Assembly: GCA_004284765.1 (NCBI GenBank)
Contig: NQJD01000001.1
Coordinates: forward strand, 90,001 to 122,000
Length of the DNA: 32,000 nt
Direction of reading: 5' to 3'
DNA from: Candidatus Electronema aureum
GTDB lineage: Bacteria > Desulfobacterota > Desulfobulbia > Desulfobulbales > Desulfobulbaceae
The notes beneath the pieces were generated by a model. That model was not told the origin of the DNA. It saw only the letters and a program-made list of their open reading frames with translations, and did no database searches. Numbering within the stretch: the first letter of the stretch is position 1; each line of letters opens with the position of its first letter. Positions 17,587 through 26,377 of the stretch are shown in pieces. Made by a program: the position numbers and the translations under genes.

Positions 17587-18360
17587 TTATTTATTCTTGT
17601 AGGAATCAAGATAGATCCATAGAACTGCGCCTAACTCCACGCCCTTTTCTTCGCCTGCTGGATTCTTCAACTTGTAGTCTGCCTCATTCAGAGCAGCAAA
17701 GCCCCACCAACCCGGCTGCGGACAGGCAAAAGTGAACACGCCGTTCTCGTCGGCCTTAACTACCTGAGTGACATGATAGTCGCTGGGAGCTGCAAATTTC
17801 TTCTCCTTGTTGTACAGCTCGACCTCAACCTCAGCACCGGGTACTGGCTTACCGTTGAGCAGCACTTTGCCGCTGAAGCTGTTGCCTGCATAGTTGCCGA
17901 AAGGTCGAGTCAGCGGCACAATCTCGGTAGGAATACCGAGCGGTTCGTCCCAACCTTGGTCATCACCGAACGCAGCAATCAAGGTCTTGGTGTAATGAAT
18001 GATACTCAGGTCTTCGGCAGGCTCCCAGTACGGAGTTGGCTCCATGACAAAGCCATACACGCCCGGCTTTTTGATGGCTACGTCAGTGGTCCAGGCTTGG
18101 TGATCAATGGCCTTGCTTTCCTTGAGGTTGCCCAGCAGATCAGTTTTTTCCCCTTCAGCCAGCATGTAGAAGGCTTTGGGTTTGACTAAATCCATGCCGA
18201 TCATCTCGAAAGGATGAGAGAAAGAAAGATCAACCGTGACGTTCTTCTTAGCTGGGGTGACAATGTTCTCTGAGGGAATCACCATGCCGAAGTGGGCAAA
18301 GGCATTGCCCGTCAGTAAGAGGCAGAGGGCGGCGGTCATGGATGCGGCTTTGATTTGCAT
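17587..18360 (-). CDS. nikK: periplasmic DUF4198 protein (NikK/CbiK-like Ni/Co transport accessory component)
   Basis: The ATG at 18360 follows AAGGAG. The signal peptide is MQIKAASMTAALCLLLTGNAFA followed by HFGMVIP. Size, beta-rich sequence and its position inside the cbiM..cbiQ operon all fit. Confidence 0.7.
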   Translation of the reverse strand: MQIKAASMTAALCLLLTGNAFAHFGMVIPSENIVTPAKKNVTVDLSFSHPFEMIGMDLVKPKAFYMLAEGEKTDLLGNLKESKAIDHQAWTTDVAIKKPGVYGFVMEPTPYWEPAEDLSIIHYTKTLIAAFGDDQGWDEPLGIPTEIVPLTRPFGNYAGNSFSGKVLLNGKPVPGAEVEVELYNKEKKFAAPSDYHVTQVVKADENGVFTFACPQPGWWGFAALNEADYKLKNPAGEEKGVELGAVLWIYLDSYKNK

Positions 18361-18413
18361 TGTTATTGCTCCTTTTTTGGTACAGGTGGATATAAAAGAA
18401 CGGGCTTCCCCGT

Positions 18414-18992
18414 TCAGGAAATACTCTTTCTGCGACTCGCCCAAGCAGCCATGCCAGCTATTCCGAGTATCCAGCCGATGCCGCCAAGGATGTCACGCAG
18501 ACCCGGCTCTGGGTTGATGCTTTCAGCTAAACTCTGGCGGATGGGCGATAATCCCTTACTTAGTTCTTCAGCAACAATACGCCGAAGTTGCGACTCATTG
18601 ACTGCAACAGCTGACGACGCTGAAGCCTGTGCTGGAGGTGCTGTATCACTGATGACTGCGGCATATTCTTTTGCCTCCAAGAGCCATTCGCCGCGATGTC
18701 CTTCACCGCCGTTAGCAATGATGAGCAGGTCAGGCTTTGTTTTCATGGTTTGTTCCGGCAGAGTAAGGCGGAAGTCTCCTTTCTCATCGCAGACTGTTTC
18801 GGCCACGATGCTGCTATCCAACCTGTTCTGCACGACAATATTGACGTTTTTTGCCTGCCTACCGCCGCTGAACTTCACTTCACCACGAATCTCGCTGCCT
18901 TCTGGCCAAGCAAAAATGCTCAGTTTGTGTGCCTGTGCGGACAGCGGCAGAAGAAGAATGAGCGCGAGGCAGAAGAGAGAGGAATGTTTCAT
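18414..18992 (-). CDS. exported accessory protein with a C-terminal membrane anchor (NikL-like)
   Basis: The signal peptide MKHSSLFCLALILLLPLSAQA is followed by HKLSIFAWPEG. There is a C-terminal TM helix, ILGGIGWILGIAGMAAW. Its start overlaps the cbiM stop by 4 nt. Confidence 0.55.
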   Translation of the reverse strand: MKHSSLFCLALILLLPLSAQAHKLSIFAWPEGSEIRGEVKFSGGRQAKNVNIVVQNRLDSSIVAETVCDEKGDFRLTLPEQTMKTKPDLLIIANGGEGHRGEWLLEAKEYAAVISDTAPPAQASASSAVAVNESQLRRIVAEELSKGLSPIRQSLAESINPEPGLRDILGGIGWILGIAGMAAWASRRKSIS

Positions 18993-19594
18993 AATGCGGC
19001 CTTGACGTGGAGGATTTCCGGTTGCACTTTGACAATGAAACCAATCGTGAACAGGGTGATGCAGCCTTCTATCACCATGACTGGTAGATTGGCGATAATA
19101 ATCGCCTGTGCCGCCGTTGTGAAACCCTCATCAGACAAGCTGAGGGCTAAGGCGGTCAGCAGTGAGGAAAACAAAATGGAAAGCGAGCCAGCAGTAAAGG
19201 CGGCGATAGGCCGAGTGCTTGGGGTTTCTAACCAACGCCGGGCGAGGTAATGGCAGCAAAGGGCCGGAGCCGCCATCGTCACGGTGTTCACACCCAACAC
19301 CGTCAGGCCACCGAATTGGAAAAAAACCGCCTGAAGAAACAGCCCGATTAGGATAGCGGGAAAGCACGCCCAGCTCAAGACCAAGCCAAGTAAGCCACTC
19401 AAGACTAAATGCACCGAGCCAGGGCCAATCGGGACATGCACGAGACTGGCGACAAAAAAGACTGATGACAGCAAGGCCGCTGGCATGATTTCGTCTATAT
19501 CAATCCGGCGCAGACCAATGACCGTGCCGACTGCGGCCAGCACTCCGCCGCTGATGAGTACCGGTGCGGAAAGCACCCCTTCAGAAATGTGCAT
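18989..19594 (-). CDS. cbiM: ECF substrate-specific component CbiM/NikM
   Basis: Has the canonical N-terminus MHISEGVLS (the Met-His metal-binding end) and multiple TM helices. A GAGGGAG SD precedes the ATG. Confidence 0.88.
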   Translation of the reverse strand: MHISEGVLSAPVLISGGVLAAVGTVIGLRRIDIDEIMPAALLSSVFFVASLVHVPIGPGSVHLVLSGLLGLVLSWACFPAILIGLFLQAVFFQFGGLTVLGVNTVTMAAPALCCHYLARRWLETPSTRPIAAFTAGSLSILFSSLLTALALSLSDEGFTTAAQAIIIANLPVMVIEGCITLFTIGFIVKVQPEILHVKAAL

Positions 19595-19814
19595 GGCTCC
19601 CTCTTAGAAGAGAATAATACCCGTTAAACATTCGTCGTATTCATACTACTCATACCTAATGCACTGTGGGAATTTTGTCAAGCCGGAGTTGTGTAATTTC
19701 TTGGTTGTGCTGAAGGTGGGCAATAGAGTATTTCAGTTTTTAGATCGTCTTGAAAACCGTCTCGACGCAAACGCTTAAACTCTTGATGCCGTCAGCTATT
19801 TTTTTTACTTTAAA

Positions 19815-20435
19815 CAAGTAAACCCCCGGCTCTGCCGGGGGACTCCCGAAGTTTGACAGTTCCGGGAAAATATGGAAGTCTCGCTATTCTGAACCGCTCA
19901 AAGTTCAAGAAGAGGAGACTTCCATGTACGACAGCCAAAGTCTAAGCCACACCAAGTGGGAATGCAAGTATCACATTGTCTGGATACCAAAATACCGCAA
20001 GAAAGCTCTCTTTGTCGAGTTGCGGAAATACTTGGGAGAAATCTTGAGGGAGCTGGCCAAGCAAAAAGAATGCGAGGTGCTGGAGGGGCATCTCATGCCT
20101 GACCATGTGCATATCATGCTTTCCATACCGCCCAAGTATTCGGTGTCTCAAGTCGTTGGATTCATCAAAGGCAAGAGCGCAATCCAGATTGCCCGCAACT
20201 TCCAAGGGAGAAGAATTTCGTTGGTCAGAATTTCTGGGCCAGAGGTTATTATGTTTCAACAGCTGGAAAGGACGAAGAAGTCGTGAGAGCATACATTCAA
20301 GCTCAGGAGAAGGAAGACCAGCGTCTTGAGCAGCTCAACCTGTTTGAATAGCGGCTGCCTTCAGGCAGCTCAAGTTGTTTAACCGCTTTGAGCGGTTCAG
20401 AATCTCAAGCCACCGGCTTTGCCGGTGGTACTTGA
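19815..20435 (+). mobile_element. IS200/IS605-family insertion sequence (IS200-like, tnpA only)
   Basis: Similar subterminal hairpins sit at both ends: CCCCCGGCTCTGCCGGGGG (19823-19841) and CCACCGGCTTTGCCGGTGG (20410-20428). A perfect 17-bp inverted repeat pairs 19887-19903 with 20386-20402. A 5' stem, GGAAGTCTC (19874-19882) with GAGACTTCC (19915-19923), occludes the SD as in IS200. Confidence 0.8.
19924..20351 (+). pseudogene. tnpA: IS200 tnpA (Y1 HUH transposase) disrupted by a 1-nt frameshift
   Basis: The N-terminal 95 aa or so are typical (KYHIVWIPKYRKK, HUH motif DHVHIMLSIPP). After ..ARNFQG near 20205-20215 the conserved C-terminus KNFVGQNFWARGYYVSTAGKDEEVVRAYIQAQEKEDQRLEQLNLFE continues in another frame to TAG at 20349-20351. 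The total length of 428 nt is not a multiple of 3. Confidence 0.8.
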
Positions 20436-20478
20436 CTAACAACTAGACAAAAGTTGCACTTACAACTTGAATTCACCC

Positions 20479-21885
20479 TTATCCCCTCACATACGCATCC
20501 GCATCATTCGCCACAATCACGCCGTAGTTGATTGCGCCCAGCCAGCCGCTCATGATGATGCCGACCGAGCCGACATGGAACAGCCCGCCCACTTCCTTGA
20601 ACAAAGTGCGGGAGATGTCCAGCCCTTCAAATTTAGTGCCGAAAGAGCTGCCCTTGGTGTGCAGGGTGTAGCGGTGGAAAGTCTTGGGCGTGGCTGTCTC
20701 CACAGTGTCGATTTTCTCGCGGATGCCCGGAAGATAGCGTTCCAAATCCACTACGCAGCGTTCCGCCATCGCCGCCTTGGCCTGTTTGTAGGCCGCTTCG
20801 TCGAGGCCCGCCCAGTCGTCGTAGTTGGCATTCATCGAGGCAACGACCGTGTAATCAGGCTGCTCAGGCCGGGTTTTCGGATAATAGACCGAAAAGGTGC
20901 GGCTTTTGGTGTCCATCCGCCGCATTTCCTCAGAGGAGAAAACTTCAGCGGTGGAGGTGAAGAGCAGGTCGCCCACGTCCGGGAAAGACTCGCCCTTGCG
21001 GATGCCGAAATAAACCTGACAGGAGGAGTTGTTCACCACCACCTTATCGAAACGGCTGAGGAAATCGCTGCTGAAGGCCTCGCGGCCCGCGAGCTGGTCA
21101 ATGGTGTTGGTGATGCCGGAATTGGAGACAACGGCTTTGGCCGCAATCTCTCGCCCTTTCACCAGCACGCCGCGCACTTTGCCCTTTTCGACCAAAACCC
21201 GCTCGGCCTTTGCGCTGGTGCAGATGGTCACGCCGTTGGCTTGTAGATCGTCCGCCATCATCGCAATCAGCTTGTCCGTGCCGCCCTCGAAGGTGAACAC
21301 GCCTTTGCTCATAAAATTTGAAAAAACAATGCCGTAAGTGATGGCTGGCTCGTTCATGGTCGAGCCGTTGGCGTAGGTGATCGGTTCCATTAACAGGCGG
21401 TGGACATCCGAGCGGCCCGGAAAGAATTTCTCAAATAACTCCCGCGTGGTCATGCTTTGGTCGTCGTAAAAGTTCATCGCTCGGACTGTATTGAAAAAAT
21501 CATCCACCACGCTGCGCTCGATCTTGAAATCCTCATGCAGAATGCGGACAAAATCGTCTTTTGAAAAAGTGGTGGTGAGCGAGAACTGCGGGTTGTCAAA
21601 GACGATGTTTTTCAGCTGAACGATGGAATCTTTGATCGCCTTCGACCAGTATTTGCTGCATGTTTTCACCATGCCGTAAGGAAATCCGTGCAGCGAGACA
21701 TCAAAAACATGACCGCCGCGCTTAAACCACGCGGCCAAGCCGCCAAGCTGGAAATGCTGCTCCAGCAGCAGCACGCTGTGGCCAGCTTTGGCCAAGCGGT
21801 TGGCGCAGGTCAGGCCACCAAGGCCGGAGCCGATAACGATGATGTCGTAGCTGCTCTGAACTTTATCGAAAGGAGTGAAAATCAT
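20479..21885 (-). CDS. NAD(P)/FAD-dependent oxidoreductase, phytoene desaturase (CrtI/CrtD) family
   Basis: Rossmann motif YDIIVIGSGLGGLTCANRLAKAGHSVLLLEQHFQLGG, a length of about 470 aa and a C-terminal FAD-fold segment. The start is either the ATG at 21885 or the TTG at 21924 (uncertain). Confidence 0.8.
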   Translation of the reverse strand: MIFTPFDKVQSSYDIIVIGSGLGGLTCANRLAKAGHSVLLLEQHFQLGGLAAWFKRGGHVFDVSLHGFPYGMVKTCSKYWSKAIKDSIVQLKNIVFDNPQFSLTTTFSKDDFVRILHEDFKIERSVVDDFFNTVRAMNFYDDQSMTTRELFEKFFPGRSDVHRLLMEPITYANGSTMNEPAITYGIVFSNFMSKGVFTFEGGTDKLIAMMADDLQANGVTICTSAKAERVLVEKGKVRGVLVKGREIAAKAVVSNSGITNTIDQLAGREAFSSDFLSRFDKVVVNNSSCQVYFGIRKGESFPDVGDLLFTSTAEVFSSEEMRRMDTKSRTFSVYYPKTRPEQPDYTVVASMNANYDDWAGLDEAAYKQAKAAMAERCVVDLERYLPGIREKIDTVETATPKTFHRYTLHTKGSSFGTKFEGLDISRTLFKEVGGLFHVGSVGIIMSGWLGAINYGVIVANDADAYVRG

Positions 21886-21942
21886 GATGCGTGGATTTGT
21901 AAGTTCAATGGAAAAAGAAAGCAAATGATTTGCTGCGTCCTG

Positions 21943-22551
21943 TCAGAAGCCGGGCTGTTCTGACTGCGTTCCGTCTTGGGATTTGATCCTGTCCATCTCG
22001 CTGCGAAAGCAGTCCGGGCAGTAATTGTGCGAGCAGTCAACATCCCAGCTGTTTTTGAAATAGGATTCAACCTTGGTCCAAGTTTTGTCCTCATCCTGCA
22101 TTTTGCCGCAGACCGGGCAGATGAAAATCATCCGGTAGAGCGCGGCAATCTCGCTGATGTCTTCAATCACCAGCAAGGCGTGATCCTTTCCCTCGAAAGC
22201 AAAAAGCGAGACCGTGACCAAGCCGTACATCTCGCGCTTGCTGCCGCTGCGGAGCAGCTCAATCTTGGCCCGGCGGCGGACAACCCGCTTGCCTGCAAAG
22301 GCAAGATTGACCGAATTTCTGATGATGCAATCTTTGCACGAGGAGGAATGGCCGCAGCCTTGGGGCACTTCATCGGAATGAATACAGTGGAGAATTTCAC
22401 CGGCCCGCCGCCGCAGGATGGTCTCCCGCTCGGCCATCATCAGCTCGGCAGCCGCCGCGTTGTACTCCTGAATTTGTACGTCCCGGTCAACCACAAAAAC
22501 CAGCGAGGGAAGTGCGTCAAATACTGCTCTGAGCAAGGTACGCTCATTCAT
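21943..22551 (-). CDS. PAS-domain protein with a Cys/His cluster and a C-terminal zinc-ribbon
   Basis: From the ATG at 22551: MNERTLLRAVFDALPSLVFVVDRDVQIQEYNAAA (PAS N-cap); HCIHSDEVPQGCGHSSSCKDC; and the C-terminal ICPVCG..(27 aa)..YCPDCF. Confidence 0.6.
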   Translation of the reverse strand: MNERTLLRAVFDALPSLVFVVDRDVQIQEYNAAAAELMMAERETILRRRAGEILHCIHSDEVPQGCGHSSSCKDCIIRNSVNLAFAGKRVVRRRAKIELLRSGSKREMYGLVTVSLFAFEGKDHALLVIEDISEIAALYRMIFICPVCGKMQDEDKTWTKVESYFKNSWDVDCSHNYCPDCFRSEMDRIKSQDGTQSEQPGF

Positions 22552-22659
22552 GGTATTTAATGCGGTATTGCGAAAAGGCATTAGAGGGTTAATAAAGTTC
22601 TTAGGAAGAAGCAGATACATTCCATATTTTATTATGGATAAATTACCCGGCTGTCTGCT

Positions 22660-22980
22660 TCAATTTTCAATAATTTCCGTTTTTGCAATTCGGCAACGAT
22701 TGCCTCCTGATCTTGTTCTGAAATACCACCTTGAAACTGATACATTGCCCGAATTGAATTCAGCAAGCTTTTCTATCCGTTCCATAACGTACTCTATGGA
22801 ATTCTTCTCGGACGCGGCGGTTTCTTTATAACTCTCTTCTTTGCTGATGCCAATTCTGTTCTGCGGATTATGGATTTCCTCTTCTTTTCGTGCAATTTGG
22901 ATAAGAAGCTGCGCGAGACGAAACTTGTCTCTGTATCCTAACAGCTCGCATCCTTTTACGATTTCGTCGTATCCCATCAT
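22660..22980 (-). CDS. hypothetical protein (about 106 aa), AT-rich gene
   Basis: The ATG at 22980 follows GAGGAAAA (the ORF track starts at GTG 23001). No motif recognised. Confidence 0.4.
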   Translation of the reverse strand: MMGYDEIVKGCELLGYRDKFRLAQLLIQIARKEEEIHNPQNRIGISKEESYKETAASEKNSIEYVMERIEKLAEFNSGNVSVSRWYFRTRSGGNRCRIAKTEIIEN

Positions 22981-23004
22981 GCTATTTTCCTCAATAATCA
23001 CTTG

Positions 23005-23664
23005 TTAATCAATTTTAATGTATTTAAAAAGAAACTGTTTTACAGTGTTGCTGATCCAAAATTTGAGTTTGACATCAAACCAATACTGAACCTCAACAGA
23101 CACTTCTGGAATGAACAGCAAGACGAATGCGCCGCAATTCAGTAGGACAGTTATCCAGAAGACAACACGAAATGCCTGCTTTTTTGATTTATGCCGTAAA
23201 ATTTGCTGGGCAATCAATGCCCCAGGCCAGCCGCAGAGGAGCGCAAGCAGATGGAGGGAGCTTTCTGGTGTGCGCCAGCTTCCATTCTTTGCGGCGGTTT
23301 TGTCTCTGCTGTATATGATGAAGGTAAGCAAACTGGCTATAACATACCACCAGAAGATCAGGCGAGGAATCTTGTTTAGATGAAACGACGAGAAAGCAAC
23401 AGTGGCAATAAATAACAGCGCAATAACGGACGAGCCGATGCGGCTTGTGCGCTGTTTACCAGCAAATAAAACGTTTGCCGCGCATGGTCGGCCTTTGCTG
23501 TCTGAAGATAAGGTATAATTTACCGCTTGGTTAATTTTCGGTCGTCTGCCGCGATTGCTGAATGATTTAATACGAACAAAAATTTGCCTGCTGTCATCGT
23601 CAGGCGTGATAAAACCAAATCCTTTTTCGTCATTCCAAGATGTCAGCGTTCCTTGATTGCGCAT
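23005..23664 (-). CDS. cold-shock domain plus DUF1294 membrane protein
   Basis: From the ATG at 23664: GTLTSWNDEKGFGFITPDD (CSD RNP1-like motif), followed by TM helices and the DUF1294-type motif LHLLALLCGWPGALIAQQILRHKSKK. The longer ORF-track version would overlap the upstream gene. Confidence 0.8.
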   Translation of the reverse strand: MRNQGTLTSWNDEKGFGFITPDDDSRQIFVRIKSFSNRGRRPKINQAVNYTLSSDSKGRPCAANVLFAGKQRTSRIGSSVIALLFIATVAFSSFHLNKIPRLIFWWYVIASLLTFIIYSRDKTAAKNGSWRTPESSLHLLALLCGWPGALIAQQILRHKSKKQAFRVVFWITVLLNCGAFVLLFIPEVSVEVQYWFDVKLKFWISNTVKQFLFKYIKID

Positions 23665-23675
23665 AATTATTCTGT

Positions 23676-25052
23676 TTACTTCAACAAATGCTGATTGACA
23701 ATCGTCACGCCGCTCAACATCGCCCCAACAATACCGAGATAGCCCTGATCCGTGCCTGCGATGAAGAGATTCGGCCACGGGGTCTTGCCGCTCTTGATTT
23801 TGACTGGGCTGCCGTAAACCGCGCCTGCGCATTTGCCGGTGAAGCGTTCGATGGTCAGGGGGGTGAAGCTGTCTTGATAGACCGCGTCCCGGCTGTAATC
23901 ACCGAGGAGCTGCCGCACTGCCGCCGCTGACTGCTGGCCGCAGTCAGTCTTCAGCCGCCGGTACTCCGCTTCGTCAGCCTGCCGCCAGAGGTCGTAGTTT
24001 GCCGCGTTGGTGACGCGCACCTGCGCCGGGCCGCTCTGCGCCAAGCCTTGGAAATGATCGGGAAAGCAGATCACGCCCCAGGACGGGTCAATCGGCCCGC
24101 TGGGGCGGTGATAGGCCAGTCGCTGCTTGAGGCTGTAGAAAATGATCGTCTTGCCGCTGCGCTCCGGCGGCAGGTGCAGCTCCGGCACAAGGCTGATGCT
24201 TTCCATGAAGCTCATTTTGCCGGTGTAGCGGCCTGCTTCCAGCGGCCAGCCGCTCATCTCGGCAGTGCCGGGAATGCCTGCGGTGGACAGCACTGCGTCG
24301 GCAAAAAGCTCCTCGCCGCTTTGCAGGCTGATGCCCCGCACTGTGCCGCCGTCGGTGAGGATATGAGCCACCGGAGCGCGGAAGCGGATTTCGCCGCCAA
24401 ACGCCTTGTACTGGGCCAGCAGCATGTCCAGCAAATTCTTGATCGTGCCTGCGGGCCGGAAGAAGCCCTCCAAGAAGACCGCCCGGAACATGATCGCAAA
24501 CTGGCCGATGTCCATGTCATCTTCCTCGGCGTTGCCATAGACCATCAGCGGCAGCAGGAGCATGTCCTCCAGCAGCGGCTCGGCCAGACGGCTGCGCAGG
24601 AAGGCCCGCGCCGACTGCCAAGGCCGCTCGGCAAAAGGATCGTAGGCATCCACCTCGCGGACAAGGCTACGGAAGCGGTCTGCCGCCAGGGGGAAATGGG
24701 CGGCGATCTCCTCGATGAGCAGGTTGAGGTCGTTGGAGAAACGCAGACTGATGCCGGGAAAAATCACCTCGGATTCCAGCTGCTCATGGGTGGTGAACTC
24801 TTTGCGGGAAAGCTGAAGCTGGCGGAAGAGCCGGTTCAGCGGCGCGTGCTTCAGCCCCGGCGGGGCGAAGTTGGTCATCGCGTGCAGACCGGTCTCCAGC
24901 AGATGTCCTTGGCGGAGGTAGTACGAATTGAGGCCGCCGGGCAGACTGTGCTGCTCGACGATCAAGGGCTTTAGCCCGAAGCGCGCGGCGCGGATGCCTG
25001 CGGCCAGCCCGGACAGGCCGCCGCCGATGATGATGAGCTGCCAGTCAGCCAT
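23676..25052 (-). CDS. NAD(P)/FAD-dependent oxidoreductase, phytoene desaturase family (paralogue of 20479..21885)
   Basis: From the ATG at 25052: MADWQLIIIGGGLSGLAAGIRAARFGLKPLIVEQHSLPGG. Its length and C-terminal segment are similar to the other copy. Confidence 0.8.
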   Translation of the reverse strand: MADWQLIIIGGGLSGLAAGIRAARFGLKPLIVEQHSLPGGLNSYYLRQGHLLETGLHAMTNFAPPGLKHAPLNRLFRQLQLSRKEFTTHEQLESEVIFPGISLRFSNDLNLLIEEIAAHFPLAADRFRSLVREVDAYDPFAERPWQSARAFLRSRLAEPLLEDMLLLPLMVYGNAEEDDMDIGQFAIMFRAVFLEGFFRPAGTIKNLLDMLLAQYKAFGGEIRFRAPVAHILTDGGTVRGISLQSGEELFADAVLSTAGIPGTAEMSGWPLEAGRYTGKMSFMESISLVPELHLPPERSGKTIIFYSLKQRLAYHRPSGPIDPSWGVICFPDHFQGLAQSGPAQVRVTNAANYDLWRQADEAEYRRLKTDCGQQSAAAVRQLLGDYSRDAVYQDSFTPLTIERFTGKCAGAVYGSPVKIKSGKTPWPNLFIAGTDQGYLGIVGAMLSGVTIVNQHLLK

Positions 25053-25147
25053 AATTGGTGTGCGCCGGAACGGCAGTTCTGTCGGAAAAACAAAGGCAGA
25101 TGCCGAGACCTGCCTTTGCGCTCTGTTCAACTCAGCCGGGCCTGCGC

Positions 25148-25399
25148 TCAGGCATCCTTCAGCTTCGGCTCAAGGTAGTTGACGCAGCTCATCAGGGTGG
25201 CAAGCTGGGGATAATCCTCCTCCGGGACTTGCAGCTTGTGCCGCTTGCGCAGCTCCATGACGATGTCGAGGAAATCCATTGAATCAAGATCAAGCTGGTC
25301 GCGCAGCGGCTTGTCCTCGTCCAAGCCGTCAAACTCGGCCTCATCGTCTATATCTTGAATAATATCAAGAATCATGTACTTGATTTCATCACGGGTCAT
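25148..25399 (-). CDS. acyl carrier protein
   Basis: An acidic 83-aa protein with the phosphopantetheine attachment motif LDLDSMDFLDIVMEL (DSxxxL). A GAGGAA SD is present. Confidence 0.8.
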   Translation of the reverse strand: MTRDEIKYMILDIIQDIDDEAEFDGLDEDKPLRDQLDLDSMDFLDIVMELRKRHKLQVPEEDYPQLATLMSCVNYLEPKLKDA

Positions 25400-25585
25400 G
25401 ACTGTTCCTCAGAAAATGCGTTAATGGTCGTATGTGATGGGAAAAGCAGATGTAAAACTACTTCAGAAATTGACGTGCCGACCGAAAACAGATGAAGGCT
25501 ACGCGTTGAACGATTCATAATTTATCCCGTCACGGTCGCTGAATTCCACTTCAAAGGCCGCACCGTCTGCAAAACATTCTGTATT

Positions 25586-26179
25586 TCAAACAGGTGGTGT
25601 ATTGTTCTGCTCTGTTACCACCTCGAAATCTGATGTCCCCTTAGGCAGATACTTAATCACTACGTATAATGCCCAAGAAAATCCTCCTGTATAAAATGCC
25701 ACTAATCCTAAAGCAATAACAACAGGAAAGTTTAAATTCTTTGCTGCCTCATAAACAAATGATAAACCTAAAAAGAAGTAAACTGAGAAAACGATATGCA
25801 CTGACCATGCGAAAAAATTTTCAGCCAGCCGTCCTTTTGGAGACCGCTCAAGCCACTCTTCCCACCCCATGAAGCCAATTGGAACCAAAACATTTTCTGT
25901 TTTTTGTTTCAAATAAGCTCCAGCCCTCATCAAACTTGTTTGTTCAAAAATAACCATAAAAGCAAATACAAGCGTAATTACTGGCGAGACAAGAAGTACA
26001 GGCCATAACTTATATTGCAATCCAGAGCCAATAATAAAAGGTATTGCTGTAATTCCTCCAAGTTGGACTTTTATAAGCCTCTCTTTTATTCCGAGTATCT
26101 CGTTGCGTAACGCTTGGTATTGCAGCGAAATGAATTCTTCTTGCTTTTCTTGACTAATTTTGAATCCGTTTTGATTCAT
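25586..26179 (-). CDS. hypothetical multi-pass membrane protein (197 aa), AT-rich gene
   Basis: The ATG at 26179 follows AGGAG. An N-terminal soluble helix (QEKQEEFISLQYQALRNEILGIKERL) is followed by about four hydrophobic segments. No family recognised. Confidence 0.5.
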   Translation of the reverse strand: MNQNGFKISQEKQEEFISLQYQALRNEILGIKERLIKVQLGGITAIPFIIGSGLQYKLWPVLLVSPVITLVFAFMVIFEQTSLMRAGAYLKQKTENVLVPIGFMGWEEWLERSPKGRLAENFFAWSVHIVFSVYFFLGLSFVYEAAKNLNFPVVIALGLVAFYTGGFSWALYVVIKYLPKGTSDFEVVTEQNNTPPV

Positions 26180-26280
26180 TTCATTACTCCTGTATCTGCA
26201 TTCAAGCAACCGAAAAAATTCCATAAGGCCAAGTTTTTGGTTACTTGGAGACATTTCGTATGGCAATCAATCACCTTGTG

Positions 26281-26312
26281 ACAAAACACAAAAGGCAGGC
26301 AAGCGGCCTGCC
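26281..26312 (-). terminator. rho-independent terminator downstream of the KAS gene
   Basis: On the minus strand GGCAGGC-CGCTT-GCCTGCC (26312-26294) is followed by TTTTGTGTTTTGT. Confidence 0.6.
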
Positions 26313-26377
26313 TCCTCTGCGCATCTCCGAAAACACCTCGACGCTTATCAAAAAACAAAAATTTACCACAGCCCGCC

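Noticed and set aside
19595-19814. A NikR operator or cobalamin riboswitch upstream of cbiM
   Set aside because: I saw only a weak TCATAC-TAC-TCATAC / GTATTCATAC pattern (about 19636-19660). This does not match the GTATGA-N16-TCATAC spacing I know for NikR. No B12-box-like sequence was seen. The evidence is insufficient for a call.
20467-21246. Long antisense or alternative-frame ORFs inside well-supported genes: 20467-21246, 24048-24974, 27716-28573, 29434-30294, 14712-15332, 14419-14880, 1980-2567, 6128-6706, 7193-7732 and 3739-4227
   Set aside because: All overlap strongly supported CDSs (CrtI-family genes, alaS, the HU-like gene, the ABC ATPase, the NACHT gene, dedA, kimA). They show Arg/Ala/Gly/Pro-rich compositions characteristic of off-frame translation of GC-rich genes.
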